This document shows, piece by piece, positions 8,523 through 18,357 of a stretch of 32,000 nucleotides of DNA. Below the pieces are notes generated by a model. That model searched no databases, was not told the origin of the DNA, and saw only the letters and a list, made by a program, of their open reading frames with translations. Within the stretch, counting starts at the first letter, position 1. Every line of letters begins with the position of its first letter. The position numbers and the translations under genes were made by a program. This DNA comes from Candidatus Arthromitus sp. SFB-rat-Yit (GTDB taxonomy: Bacteria; Bacillota; Clostridia; Clostridiales; Clostridiaceae): positions 240,001-272,000 of the forward strand of contig NC_016012.1 of assembly GCF_000283555.1 (NCBI RefSeq), written 5' to 3'.

Positions 8523-9566
8523 TTGTTGAAACGTATTGATTTTATAGATGTATTTAAGGGAATTGGAATATTTTTTGTGATACTTGGACACATGCCAATT
8601 AAACCTGAACTATTTTCGTATGTGTTCTCTTTTCAGTTATCCGTATTCTTTTTTGTTGGTGGGTTTTTATATAGAGATGCACATTATATAAATTCATTTT
8701 GGGATTATTTAAGTAAGAAGTTTAAGGGCATAATTATTCCATACATTATTCTTAGTGTAATATCTATGGTTATTTATATTTTGTATAATAATTATTTGGG
8801 CATGGAGTATGATATTTTAGATATTTTAGAAACTATATTATTATCAAAGAGAAATGAAATTTATATAAATGTTCCATTATGGTTTTTAACATCATTTTTT
8901 ACTGTTGAGATACTCTATTATATATTGAAATGTTTTTTCAATAATTATTTTATCTCGTTTATAATCCTTATTTTTGGTTTTATTGGAGTGGTTATTTTTC
9001 GAACAACAGGATCTTTGAATACATTGTTCTTTAGTTTTGATGCATCGTTGTATTTTATAATTTATTATTTTATTGGGGATTTATTTGGAGGGGTAAATAA
9101 GTATTCAAATAGAAATTATAAGTATTTTTTCAAAAATTTGTTTCCTATATTCGTTATCTCAATTGTTATAAATGTGATGAATCTATTAGGGAAGATAGAA
9201 CATGCGGATATTATTTATTATGATTTTGGATTTATAATTGCTTTAATATCATATTTATTTCATGTATTTATAAGTTTAACAGGTGTTTTTACATATTTGT
9301 ATTTATCATATATTTTTAGGTGGGTTGGAGCAATAAAGTTCATTGGTAAAAATTCATTATATTATTTTGCATTTCATATGCCGCTATATCGAATTTTATA
9401 CAATGAGGGGATATTTGATATTTTAATTGGGAAGTATTTGCCTAGTGATATTGATTTAAATTTACTTGGTATCATTTATACTATAATAATTATTTTGATT
9501 TTGACAGGTCCAGTTTTTTTAATAAATTTGTATAAGAGTTTAATATATAAAATTAAAACATCATGA
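8523..9566 (+). CDS. Acyltransferase 3 family membrane protein
   Basis: RIDFIDVFKGIGIFFVILGHMPI...FFFVGGFLYR and about ten predicted TMs. Confidence 0.82.
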   Translation: MLKRIDFIDVFKGIGIFFVILGHMPIKPELFSYVFSFQLSVFFFVGGFLYRDAHYINSFWDYLSKKFKGIIIPYIILSVISMVIYILYNNYLGMEYDILDILETILLSKRNEIYINVPLWFLTSFFTVEILYYILKCFFNNYFISFIILIFGFIGVVIFRTTGSLNTLFFSFDASLYFIIYYFIGDLFGGVNKYSNRNYKYFFKNLFPIFVISIVINVMNLLGKIEHADIIYYDFGFIIALISYLFHVFISLTGVFTYLYLSYIFRWVGAIKFIGKNSLYYFAFHMPLYRILYNEGIFDILIGKYLPSDIDLNLLGIIYTIIIILILTGPVFLINLYKSLIYKIKTS

Positions 9567-9810
9567 TAAATTAAATAATTATGTTGAATAAAAATGAATT
9601 TAATTTTATTTATCTTTTCTTTTGACTATGTTATAATACTTTCCAAGAGACTTAAGTGTTTTTTTGTTAATTTTAGATTATGCATTTAGTTTGACCATAT
9701 GGGAGTAAAGTTTGTACTCTTAAGGCATCGAACTACATTTTATAACTAAGATTTATGGTTCATACATTAACTCATTTTATGTATTAAAACAAATTGCCCC
9801 TTGCCATTAG

Positions 9811-10071
9811 AAACTTTTAGTAGTTTGTGATAATAATACATATGAGTTTGAAAATTCCTTTGAAACATTCAAGGAGTTTTTTGTTTTTATAGGTAAAAGA
9901 TTTAAAAATTTGGATAATAAAAATTCAGATTATAAAAAATTAAATATTGATAATATCTTTAATTATTGCAATCACAATAATATTGATGTACAACTATTTT
10001 TAAATTTTGAAAATAAATACACTACAGATAAAGTAGGATATGGTAATATAACATTAAATGTGTTAAATTAA
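9811..10071 (+). pseudogene. Possible gene remnant: 86-codon open frame without a start codon
   Basis: Open frame KLLVVCDNNTYEFENSFETFKEFFVFIGKRFKNLDNKNSDYKKLNIDNIFNYCNHNNIDVQLFLNFENKYTTDKVGYGNITLNVLN* in an otherwise non-coding gap. Confidence 0.35.
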
Positions 10072-10102
10072 TTTTAAATATAGAAAAGGCATTTTACATA
10101 TT

Positions 10103-11776
10103 ATGTTTAGATTCAATATAAGTGAGGAAATTATTTTTAAATTAGAAAATAGGGATTTTGGGGAAGAAATATCTGGAGAAGATAGTTTTTTTGAAGAATT
10201 ATTAACGAAGCTAAATGATGAAAAAATTTTTATATGTTATGGACTTTCAAATGAATTGAGAGAGAGGTTTTGTTTTAGAATTATATACAAGTATTTTAAT
10301 GATAGATACGTAAGAGATCTAAATATAGGTGTTTTTAAAATATCTAGTGTTAGTGAGTTTGAAGAAATTTATTTAGAAAATGAGTTTCAGATTTTTTATT
10401 TTTATGATTTTTTTGGAAGTATAAAATTTAATGATATAAAATTTGAAAGTTATTTAAATAGGATAAAAAATTCTAACAATAAGATGTTAGTAGTTAATAC
10501 TAGGAGTTTTTTGAAAAAGGAAATTGTAGAGAGTAAAAATTCTCTATATATAGAGGATTTAGAATTTTATAAAGATAAAATTGAAAAATTTTTAAATATA
10601 AATTGTGATATTACTAACTATTATGATTTGGATTTGGAATATCAAGACTTTGATTATATAGACAAGCTTGTTTTATTTTATGTATTTATAAACTTTTCTT
10701 GTGATGTTAATAAATGGATTGGTGTAATGGAAAAATATTTAGTACATAGAGAAATTTTTAATGATCATAGTGAGTTTAAGGAAATGTTACTTAATTCCTT
10801 TAGAAAACTAGAAGATTCGTTTATAAATATTTATTACAATAAGAAATTTAATATAAAGAATCCTATAGTATATAATTTCATATTAAGCAAGTTGAAAAAT
10901 GATATCGATGTTATAAAAGATTTGTTTAATAACATTTATGGATATGAAGACTTATATTCTATATGTAACATATTGAGTCAAAACAGGGTAAAACTATGTT
11001 ATACCTTAGATGAGTATGAAAATAATTTGAAAAGTAATTTATGTAATATAGTTTTTGGGAGTAATTATGTAGATGTTATTTCAATAATTAAAACAGTGTT
11101 TATGACTTTTTATGTATTGGATTTATGGGATATAGATATAATAGAGGATTTGAATTTAAAAATAACTTATTCTAAACTTAATATAGATGGTGCGATAGAT
11201 TACTTTTTTTCTATAAGTGGAAATATGGAGTTTATGATTAAAAATGAAATATTTAAAAATAAACTTTTAGATTTGATATATAAATATGAGATGGAAGCTA
11301 GTTCTGAGTTTTATAACTATAGTTTTAAATATTATTTATTTGCAAGCGAGTTTTACAAGTTATATGGTAATATAGATAATGATGAATTAACGGATTTGAA
11401 ATACAGGTTTAATGTATTAATAAGTATAGTTTTAAATAACATAAATTCTTATTTTAATATTGAATATTTTAATATTGGTAGTGAAATAAGAGATTCTCTA
11501 TCTGATTTAAAAGAGCTTATTAGAAAATATGATGTGAGGTTTATATTTGGTATAAATGTATATGAAGTCTTTAATTTTATAGAGGATAAGTTATTGGAGC
11601 TTATATATAATGTTGATAATTTTATACCAAAAGATATGAATGATTATTATAATTTAAAATATTTTGGTAATGAGCTTGAGAGGAATGAAGGTTTTATAGA
11701 AGAGGTATTTCATAACATAAATATGAAGGGTGTTATTGAAAGAATAAATGAAAAAATTTGTTTATTTGAAGCATAA
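10103..11776 (+). CDS. Hypothetical protein; divergent nSTAND3-like N-terminal region plus helical C-terminus
   Basis: 557-aa ORF. The segment ENEFQIFYFYDFFGSIKFND...YLNRIKNSNNKMLVVNTRSFLKKE resembles the Walker B/sensor region of nSTAND3 proteins. Family call is from memory of motif shape. Confidence 0.5.
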   Translation: MFRFNISEEIIFKLENRDFGEEISGEDSFFEELLTKLNDEKIFICYGLSNELRERFCFRIIYKYFNDRYVRDLNIGVFKISSVSEFEEIYLENEFQIFYFYDFFGSIKFNDIKFESYLNRIKNSNNKMLVVNTRSFLKKEIVESKNSLYIEDLEFYKDKIEKFLNINCDITNYYDLDLEYQDFDYIDKLVLFYVFINFSCDVNKWIGVMEKYLVHREIFNDHSEFKEMLLNSFRKLEDSFINIYYNKKFNIKNPIVYNFILSKLKNDIDVIKDLFNNIYGYEDLYSICNILSQNRVKLCYTLDEYENNLKSNLCNIVFGSNYVDVISIIKTVFMTFYVLDLWDIDIIEDLNLKITYSKLNIDGAIDYFFSISGNMEFMIKNEIFKNKLLDLIYKYEMEASSEFYNYSFKYYLFASEFYKLYGNIDNDELTDLKYRFNVLISIVLNNINSYFNIEYFNIGSEIRDSLSDLKELIRKYDVRFIFGINVYEVFNFIEDKLLELIYNVDNFIPKDMNDYYNLKYFGNELERNEGFIEEVFHNINMKGVIERINEKICLFEA

Positions 11777-11873
11777 AATAACAAATTTTTTAAAGAGTAT
11801 ATAGTATAATAATTCCAAGGCAAGTTAAGATTAGTTGTATTTTTAAGTTATTATGATTTTAAGGGGTGTCTAT

Positions 11874-12038
11874 GTGAACAATAACGACATAATAAACAAT
11901 AATATTGATGTTATTATAAGAGGCATTTGTTGTTATGATTGTAAAAATAGAGGAGAATGTAACGAGTGCGAGATATATGGGAAGATCCCAAATAGCATTT
12001 TAAAAGAGCAGGAGGATTGTTCTTTTTTTCATAGCTAA
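11874..12038 (+). CDS. Small Cys-rich protein (~54 aa)
   Basis: RGICCYDCKNRGECNECEIYGKIPNSILKEQEDCSFF. AAGGGG RBS favours the GTG at 11874 over the ATG at 11853. Confidence 0.6.
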   Translation: MNNNDIINNNIDVIIRGICCYDCKNRGECNECEIYGKIPNSILKEQEDCSFFHS

Positions 12039-12044
12039 TTAAAT

Positions 12045-12074
12045 ATAACATGAGTATTTGATTACTCATGTTAT
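12045..12074. terminator. Inverted repeat between convergent genes, probable bidirectional terminator
   Basis: ATAACATGAGT-atttgatt-ACTCATGTTAT, an 11-bp perfect stem. Confidence 0.6.
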
Positions 12075-13375
12075 TATTCAGTATAAGAAATAGATTCAAT
12101 GTCCTTAAGTTTACTTTGTATTTTCTTAGTTTTATTATCAGATAAAGAAGTTAAATCATTACTCACTTGTTCCAGTTTATTTTTTGCTTTTTCTAGTATA
12201 TTTGAAAAGCTATCAAATTCTTTTTTAACCTCTCCTAGTACTTTCCAGACTTTACTTGAATGTTTTTCGATTGATATTGTTTTAAATGCTAAGTTTAGGC
12301 TGCTTAACATAGCGTATAGTGTTGTTGGACCTGTTATTATTATTTTATATTCTCTTTGTATAAATTCTATTAAGTTAATTCTTTTTGATATTTCGGAGTA
12401 GAGGCTTTCTATAGGTAAAAATAATATTGCAAAGTCAGTTGTGTTATCTAGATCTATGTATTTTTCGTGTATATCTTTTGAAAATTTTTTTATAGATGTT
12501 TCTAAAAGTTTTGAATATTTTTCTATATTATCTTTGTCAGAAGATTCATACGATTCCACAAGTTTTGAGTAATTGTCTAGAGGGAATTTTGAGTCTATTG
12601 GAAGAAGTAGCTCTTTTCCTGAATTTTTTGAAGGAATTTTAAGTGCAAATTCAACACGATCTTTGGAATTATGTTTCGTAATAACGTTCTTAATATACTG
12701 GTTTTCATTTAATGTTTGAGAAATAAGGTTTTCTAACTGATATTCTCCAATTATTCCACGTGTTTTTACGTTTGATAAAATTTTTCTAAGATCGTTTATA
12801 GATAAAAATAGTGTATTTATTTCTCCTATGCCCTTATATAAAATCTCTAAACGATTACTAACTATTTCAAATGATTTTGACAACCTATTATCAAGAGTTT
12901 TTTGTAATTTTTCATCGACTGTGTCACGCATAATGTCTAATTTTTTTTCTGTAGATGAGATTAAATTATTTTGTGTTTCGGTGATATTCTTAAGTTGTTT
13001 TTCAAGAGAATTAGAGATTTTTTCAAATGATTTTGAAAGTTCATCTCTATTCATTTTAGATTCTAAAATTGATTGTTTTTTGAGAGAATCTAAAGATGTA
13101 GTTAGGTTCGTATTAACTTCATTTAAACGATTTGTAAGTAAATCTATTAAAGATATAAACTGTGTTTGGATTTCATTTCTTAAATTTTTTTCATATAATG
13201 TTAAGGTTTTATTTAACTTATTATTTATGTTATTTATTGAATGATCTATATTTATAATATTGTTTAATAAATTGTTTGATTGAAATTTGCTTATGTATTC
13301 CCTGAAGCATAGTATGAGGAATATATTTAAAAAAATTATTATCAATAGGGAAGCAATTATAATAGTATTTATCAT
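12074..13375 (-). CDS. rmuC: DNA recombination protein RmuC
   Basis: N-terminal TM, long coiled coil, then DEKLQKTLDNRLSKSFEIVSNRLE...LSNVKTRGIIGEYQLENLI and LLLPIDSKFPLDNY. Confidence 0.92.
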   Translation of the reverse strand: MINTIIIASLLIIIFLNIFLILCFREYISKFQSNNLLNNIINIDHSINNINNKLNKTLTLYEKNLRNEIQTQFISLIDLLTNRLNEVNTNLTTSLDSLKKQSILESKMNRDELSKSFEKISNSLEKQLKNITETQNNLISSTEKKLDIMRDTVDEKLQKTLDNRLSKSFEIVSNRLEILYKGIGEINTLFLSINDLRKILSNVKTRGIIGEYQLENLISQTLNENQYIKNVITKHNSKDRVEFALKIPSKNSGKELLLPIDSKFPLDNYSKLVESYESSDKDNIEKYSKLLETSIKKFSKDIHEKYIDLDNTTDFAILFLPIESLYSEISKRINLIEFIQREYKIIITGPTTLYAMLSSLNLAFKTISIEKHSSKVWKVLGEVKKEFDSFSNILEKAKNKLEQVSNDLTSLSDNKTKKIQSKLKDIESISYTE

Positions 13376-13424
13376 GAATTAATCTCCTTTTAAAATAAAT
13401 TTTAATTTTTAGAGAGGTGTAGAT

Positions 13425-16007
13425 ATGGAAAGGGTTTTGATATTAGATAGCAATAGCATTTTAAATAGAGCCTTTTATGCTCTTCCACTTCTTAGTTGTT
13501 CTGAAGGAATACATACTAATGGAATTCTTGGATATTTAACAATGTTTTTTAAAATGCAAGAAGAATTTAACGCTACATATGTAATTGCAACTTTTGATCG
13601 TAAAGCTAAGACATTTAGGCATTTAGAGTATGAAAATTATAAAGCTGGTAGAAAATCTATGCCTAATGAACTATTTGAGCAGATTGAACCATTAAAAGAA
13701 ATATTAAGAGCAATGAATATAAATATTTTTGAGCTTGATGGATTTGAGGCAGATGATTTAATTGGGACATTGTCAAGGATATATGAAGAAAATGGATTTG
13801 AACCTATAATAGTTACGGGTGATAAAGATGCACTCCAGCTTAGCTCCTCCATAACCAAAGTAATTATAACAAAAAAAGGTATAACAGATAAAGAAGTTTA
13901 TGATGAAAAAAAGATGATCGAAGTATATGGGGTAACTCCGATTGAGTTTATAGATGTTAAAGCTATTATGGGTGATAAATCAGATAACATTCCTGGGGTT
14001 CCTGGTATTGGAGAGAAGGGTGCAACTTCCTTAATAAAAGAGTTTAAAAGTATAGAAAATTTATATAAAAACTTAGAAAATTTAAAAGAGGGAAAGATTA
14101 AAAAAAATCTTATAAATGGTATGGAGTTGGCTTTCTTATCAAAAAAATTAAGTAAGATAAATAGATTTGTACCGATTGAATTCTCTATTGAAGATATAAA
14201 AGCTTATGGAGAGTTAGATTCATTAGAAGTATATGAATTATATAATAAATATGAATTAAAATCACTTTTAAATAAAATAGATATAAATAGTAATGAGGGA
14301 TATGAGAAGGATATACTTTTTGATGAGGTTTCTACTTTAGGGTATTTAAGAGGTTTAATAAATAAAATTTATGGATCTGATAAGAATTTATATATTTATT
14401 GTAAGGTTTTAGGAAGTAAAGTCTCTGAAATTCGTTTAGGTGATACATATATTAATTTTGATAATGAAAATTATATAATAAAAGAGAAGTTTATATCTGA
14501 AAATTTTGATGAGGTAAGCAGGATTTTTTCATCTAAGAATAAGAAGATATGTTTTGATTCAAAGATGATATATAAAGTTATGTTCAAAAATTCAAAAGAA
14601 GTAAATAATATGGTCTTTGATTTAGTTATAGGGGATTATTTACTAAATCCAGGTAAGGAGTGTACAATTCTAAGTTTATGTAGTGATTATGTTTCGGTAT
14701 ATTTAGATAGGGATAAAGAGTATTTAGGGATTTCGTTTTTTGAGAAAATTTATGAAATTATTTTAGGTAAAATAAAAAATAGTAATATGATGAAACTTTA
14801 TTTTGAAATTGAACATCCTTTATCATTAATTTTAGCTAGTATTGAATTATATGGATTTAGAGTGTCTATCAAGATGCTTGAGGAATTGAGGGAAAAGTTT
14901 GATATAAAGATAAAAGAGCACTCTGATAAAATATATAATTTATCAGGTGAAGTATTTAATATTAATTCGCCAAAGCAACTAGGAAAGATATTATTTGAAA
15001 AATTAGATTTACCGATTATAAAGAAAACTAAAACAGGATACTCAACTAATGCTGAGGTTTTAGAAGCTTTAATAGATAAGCATGAGATTATAGAAGAAAT
15101 TATAAATTATAGGCAAATAACAAAACTTCAATCAACTTACATACTTGGACTTATGGATGTAATAGATGATGATCTTAAGGTTCATACATCATTCAATCAA
15201 ACTTTGACAACTACAGGAAGATTATCAAGTGTAGAACCAAATCTTCAGAATATACCTGTTAAATATCCTTTAGGACGTGAAATAAGGAAAGCGTTTGTTG
15301 CTGAGGAAAATAGTTACATATTATCTGCTGATTATTCTCAAATTGAACTTAGAATGCTTGCACATATATCTGGAGATGAGATTATAATAAAAGCATTTAG
15401 AGAAAATTTGGATATTCATAGAATGACTGCATCAGAAATTTTTTCAGTCGATGAAAATGATGTTACAAGTGAGATGAGAAATAGGTGTAAGGCTGTTAAT
15501 TTCGGAATTATATATGGAATAAGTGATTTTGCTCTATCTAATGATTTAAAAATATCTAGAAAAGAAGCTCGAGAGTATATGGATAAATATTTTAATAGAT
15601 ATGTTGGTGTTAAAAAATATTTAGATGAAATTATAGTTAAGGGTAAGGAAGATGGGTTTGTTACAACTATTTTTAATAGAAGAAGAGATATTCCTGAGAT
15701 AAGATCATCAAATAAAATTATAAAATCTCTTGGAGAAAGACTTGCTATGAATACACCTATACAAGGTAGTGCGGCTGACATAATAAAACTTGCTATGATA
15801 AAGGTTTATAATAGATTAAATGAAGAAAATCTGAAATCTAAAATAATACTTCAGGTTCATGATGAGCTTGTTTTGAATGTGTATGAAGATGAACTTGAGA
15901 AGGTATCTTTAATAGTTAAGGAAGAAATGGAATTGTGTTATGAGGATATAAGTGTTCCACTTAGAGTGAATTTATCTTATGGTAAAAACTGGTTTGAAGC
16001 AAAGTAG
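13425..16007 (+). CDS. polA: DNA polymerase I
   Basis: 5'-3' exonuclease domain (GFEADDLIGTL, DKSDNIPGVPGIGEKGA) and polymerase motifs (SADYSQIELRMLAHISGD, RRCKAVNFGIIYGIS-type, LQVHDELVLNV). Confidence 0.97.
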   Translation: MERVLILDSNSILNRAFYALPLLSCSEGIHTNGILGYLTMFFKMQEEFNATYVIATFDRKAKTFRHLEYENYKAGRKSMPNELFEQIEPLKEILRAMNINIFELDGFEADDLIGTLSRIYEENGFEPIIVTGDKDALQLSSSITKVIITKKGITDKEVYDEKKMIEVYGVTPIEFIDVKAIMGDKSDNIPGVPGIGEKGATSLIKEFKSIENLYKNLENLKEGKIKKNLINGMELAFLSKKLSKINRFVPIEFSIEDIKAYGELDSLEVYELYNKYELKSLLNKIDINSNEGYEKDILFDEVSTLGYLRGLINKIYGSDKNLYIYCKVLGSKVSEIRLGDTYINFDNENYIIKEKFISENFDEVSRIFSSKNKKICFDSKMIYKVMFKNSKEVNNMVFDLVIGDYLLNPGKECTILSLCSDYVSVYLDRDKEYLGISFFEKIYEIILGKIKNSNMMKLYFEIEHPLSLILASIELYGFRVSIKMLEELREKFDIKIKEHSDKIYNLSGEVFNINSPKQLGKILFEKLDLPIIKKTKTGYSTNAEVLEALIDKHEIIEEIINYRQITKLQSTYILGLMDVIDDDLKVHTSFNQTLTTTGRLSSVEPNLQNIPVKYPLGREIRKAFVAEENSYILSADYSQIELRMLAHISGDEIIIKAFRENLDIHRMTASEIFSVDENDVTSEMRNRCKAVNFGIIYGISDFALSNDLKISRKEAREYMDKYFNRYVGVKKYLDEIIVKGKEDGFVTTIFNRRRDIPEIRSSNKIIKSLGERLAMNTPIQGSAADIIKLAMIKVYNRLNEENLKSKIILQVHDELVLNVYEDELEKVSLIVKEEMELCYEDISVPLRVNLSYGKNWFEAK

Positions 16008-16020
16008 TGGAGGAAGTTAA

Positions 16021-16614
16021 TTGAAAAAGATAGGATTAACTGGAGGAATAGCTACAGGGAAGAGTACAGTAGTTAAAATGCTGATTAAAAAAGGATTCAA
16101 AATTATAGATTCAGATAAAATTGTGAGTTTTATATTAAATAATAATAAAGAAGTTTTATTATATATAAAAGAGAAATTTGGAAGCAAGTTTATTTGTGAT
16201 AATAAAATTTTAAGACGGGAATTTGGTGAATATATTTTCTCAAATGATTGTGATAGGTTGAAATATGAAAATTTTATAATGCCTAAAATCTTAAAATGTA
16301 TAGATGAGGAATTTAAATTTCATGAAGAGAATAATGAGCGTATTTGTATATTAGATGCACCAGTTTTAATTGAAAAGAATATCCATCTTTTTATGGATTA
16401 TGTTGTATTAATATGGGCAAAGAGAGAGCAACAGATAAGTAGAATTATGCATAGAGATGGTTTGAATAAAGAAAATGCAATTAGAAGGATAAATGCTCAA
16501 ATGGATATTGATATAAAAAAGAGGTTTGCTGATTACATAATTGATAATTCGAAGGAAGAAGAGCTCTTGGAGGATCAAATAAATAACTTATGTTTATTTT
16601 TAAATAAACTCTGA
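16021..16614 (+). CDS. coaE: Dephospho-CoA kinase (TTG start)
   Basis: KKIGLTGGIATGKSTVVKML P-loop, KKGFKIIDSDKI, VLDAPVLIEKN-like block, and GGAGG RBS before the TTG. Confidence 0.93.
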   Translation: MKKIGLTGGIATGKSTVVKMLIKKGFKIIDSDKIVSFILNNNKEVLLYIKEKFGSKFICDNKILRREFGEYIFSNDCDRLKYENFIMPKILKCIDEEFKFHEENNERICILDAPVLIEKNIHLFMDYVVLIWAKREQQISRIMHRDGLNKENAIRRINAQMDIDIKKRFADYIIDNSKEEELLEDQINNLCLFLNKL

Positions 16615-16636
16615 TTTGAATGGTGGTACAATCAAA

Positions 16637-17188
16637 ATGGTAAAAATAAGAAATATTATTTTAGTTTTAATAGGTATTGCATTAACTTTTCTTATTTCCA
16701 TAAATGTTTTAAAATCTATATATACAGTTAAGTATTATAATTATATTGAGAAGTATTCTGCCATGTATGATTTGGATAAGTATTTAGTTATGTCTGTTAT
16801 AAAAGCTGAGAGTAATTTTAATGAGTATGCAGTATCTAAAAAAGATGCACGGGGGTTAATGCAAATAACGCCTCTAACTGCTAATTGGATAGCAGAACAA
16901 ATAAATTTAATAGAATTTTCTTTAGATAAGTTAAACGATCCTGAAACTAGTATATTTATGGGATGTTGGTATTTAAATAATTTAAGGAAAGAATTTAATG
17001 ATGATTACATTTTAATTTTATCTGCATATAATGCAGGAAGGGGAAATGTAAATAAATGGTTAAAAAATAAGGAGTTTTCTAGAGATGGTAAAAAATTAGA
17101 TTATATACCTTTTAAGGAAACTGAATTGTACATAAAGAAGATAAAATTGAATTATAATATTTATAAATATTTATATAAAGATAAATAG
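16637..17188 (+). CDS. Lytic transglycosylase (SLT domain)
   Basis: N-terminal TM, VMSVIKAESNFNEYAVSKKDARGLMQITP, GCWYLNNL and LSAYNAGRGNVNKWL. The tracked start at 16616 is a TTG; the ATG at 16637 is more likely. Confidence 0.9.
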   Translation: MVKIRNIILVLIGIALTFLISINVLKSIYTVKYYNYIEKYSAMYDLDKYLVMSVIKAESNFNEYAVSKKDARGLMQITPLTANWIAEQINLIEFSLDKLNDPETSIFMGCWYLNNLRKEFNDDYILILSAYNAGRGNVNKWLKNKEFSRDGKKLDYIPFKETELYIKKIKLNYNIYKYLYKDK

Positions 17189-17246
17189 TAATGTAATTGA
17201 CAAATAATAATATTATAATTATAATTTTATATGTATTTATATATTT

Positions 17247-17334
17247 GCAGGTATGCTGAAATTGGCAGACAGGCTAGATTGAGGGTCTAGTGTGCGATAT
17301 GCACGTATGGGTTCAAGTCCCTTTACCTGCACCA
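17247..17334 (+). tRNA. tRNA-Leu (anticodon GAG), CCA encoded
   Basis: Acceptor GCAGGTA/TACCTGC, anticodon stem CTAGA-TTGAGGG-TCTAG, class II long variable arm, GGTTCAAGTCC T-arm. Confidence 0.95.
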
Positions 17335-17339
17335 TTTTT

Positions 17340-17379
17340 AAATAGCGATTGTATTATTACATCGCTATTTTATTTTTTA
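17340..17379 (+). terminator. Intrinsic terminator after tRNA-Leu
   Basis: AAATAGCGAT...ATCGCTATTT followed by a T-rich run. Confidence 0.8.
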
Positions 17380-17411
17380 TATATTAGATTAATTAAGGCG
17401 GTGTTTGCTAT

Positions 17412-18239
17412 ATGAGTAAAATATTGAAATTAAAACCTTTTTATATGGGAAAAATATGGGGATATGAAAAGTGGATTTTATCAACACACAAAAATGGTAT
17501 TTCTTTTGTTGAAAATGATGAGAGAAATTTATTAGAATGCATTGGTAAAGAATTATCAATTTTAATAAAAGAGATAAAGGCTAATAGTAGTTTATCTGTT
17601 CAAGTTCATCCAACGGATGATTATTCAAAAAAATATGAAAATGATTTTGGTAAAACAGAGTGTTGGTACATATTAGATACCGATGAAAATGCAACTCTTA
17701 TTTGTGGTTTGAAAGATGGTGTGAGTAAGGAAGCATTTAAAAATGCATTAAAGTGTTCAAACTTAGAGAGTTTATTGAAAAGGATTCATATTAAGAAGGG
17801 GGATATGATATATATACCAGCTGGTACTGTTCATGCTATAGAAGGTGGTATAAAGATACTTGAGATACAGCAATGTAGTGATGTAACTTATAGAATATAT
17901 GATTGGGGGAGAGATAGAGAAATTCATGTAGATAAGGCTATGGATGTTATAAACTTCAATAATGATACAAACTTTGGTAGAATAGAGAACTTCAATAAAC
18001 TTGAATCTCCTTATTTCATAGTTGAAAAATTAAATATTTATGGTGAATACATATATAATTATAATGAAAATTATTGTGTGTATATATGTTTAAATGGAAA
18101 TGGAACTATAGAAGATGAGTATGGAAATTTGATAAACATATGTGAATTAGATACAATATATGTTTATAAAAACACTAAATGTAAAATTAATGGTAATTTA
18201 GAAATGTTAAGAGTTATAGATAAAATCACCAAAGTTTAA
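17412..18239 (+). CDS. manA: Mannose-6-phosphate isomerase, class I
   Basis: LKPFYMGKIWGYEKW, SVQVHPTDDYSK, ECWYILD, GDMIYIPAGTVHAIEGGIKILEIQQCSDVTYRIYDWGR. Confidence 0.93.
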   Translation: MSKILKLKPFYMGKIWGYEKWILSTHKNGISFVENDERNLLECIGKELSILIKEIKANSSLSVQVHPTDDYSKKYENDFGKTECWYILDTDENATLICGLKDGVSKEAFKNALKCSNLESLLKRIHIKKGDMIYIPAGTVHAIEGGIKILEIQQCSDVTYRIYDWGRDREIHVDKAMDVINFNNDTNFGRIENFNKLESPYFIVEKLNIYGEYIYNYNENYCVYICLNGNGTIEDEYGNLINICELDTIYVYKNTKCKINGNLEMLRVIDKITKV

Positions 18240-18254
18240 GTGATTTTATCTATA
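18215..18254 (+). terminator. 15-bp perfect inverted repeat around the manA stop codon (probable terminator)
   Basis: TATAGATAAAATCAC-caaagtttaa-GTGATTTTATCTATA. Confidence 0.55.
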
Positions 18255-18357
18255 AATATTATATTAAAAGTATTGGATTATATAAAAATAAAGTTATAAT
18301 ATTTTTTAAATTTGGTATAATTTACTTAATACATTAGGCTTTTAGGGTGATGTTTTA

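Noticed and set aside
12099-13244. Plus-strand ORFs (100 and 138 aa) antisense to rmuC.
   Set aside because: rmuC has clear family motifs; the opposite frames are by-products of AT-rich coiled-coil coding.
13637-15781. Minus-strand ORFs (73 and 121 aa) inside polA.
   Set aside because: polA coding is unambiguous over both spans.
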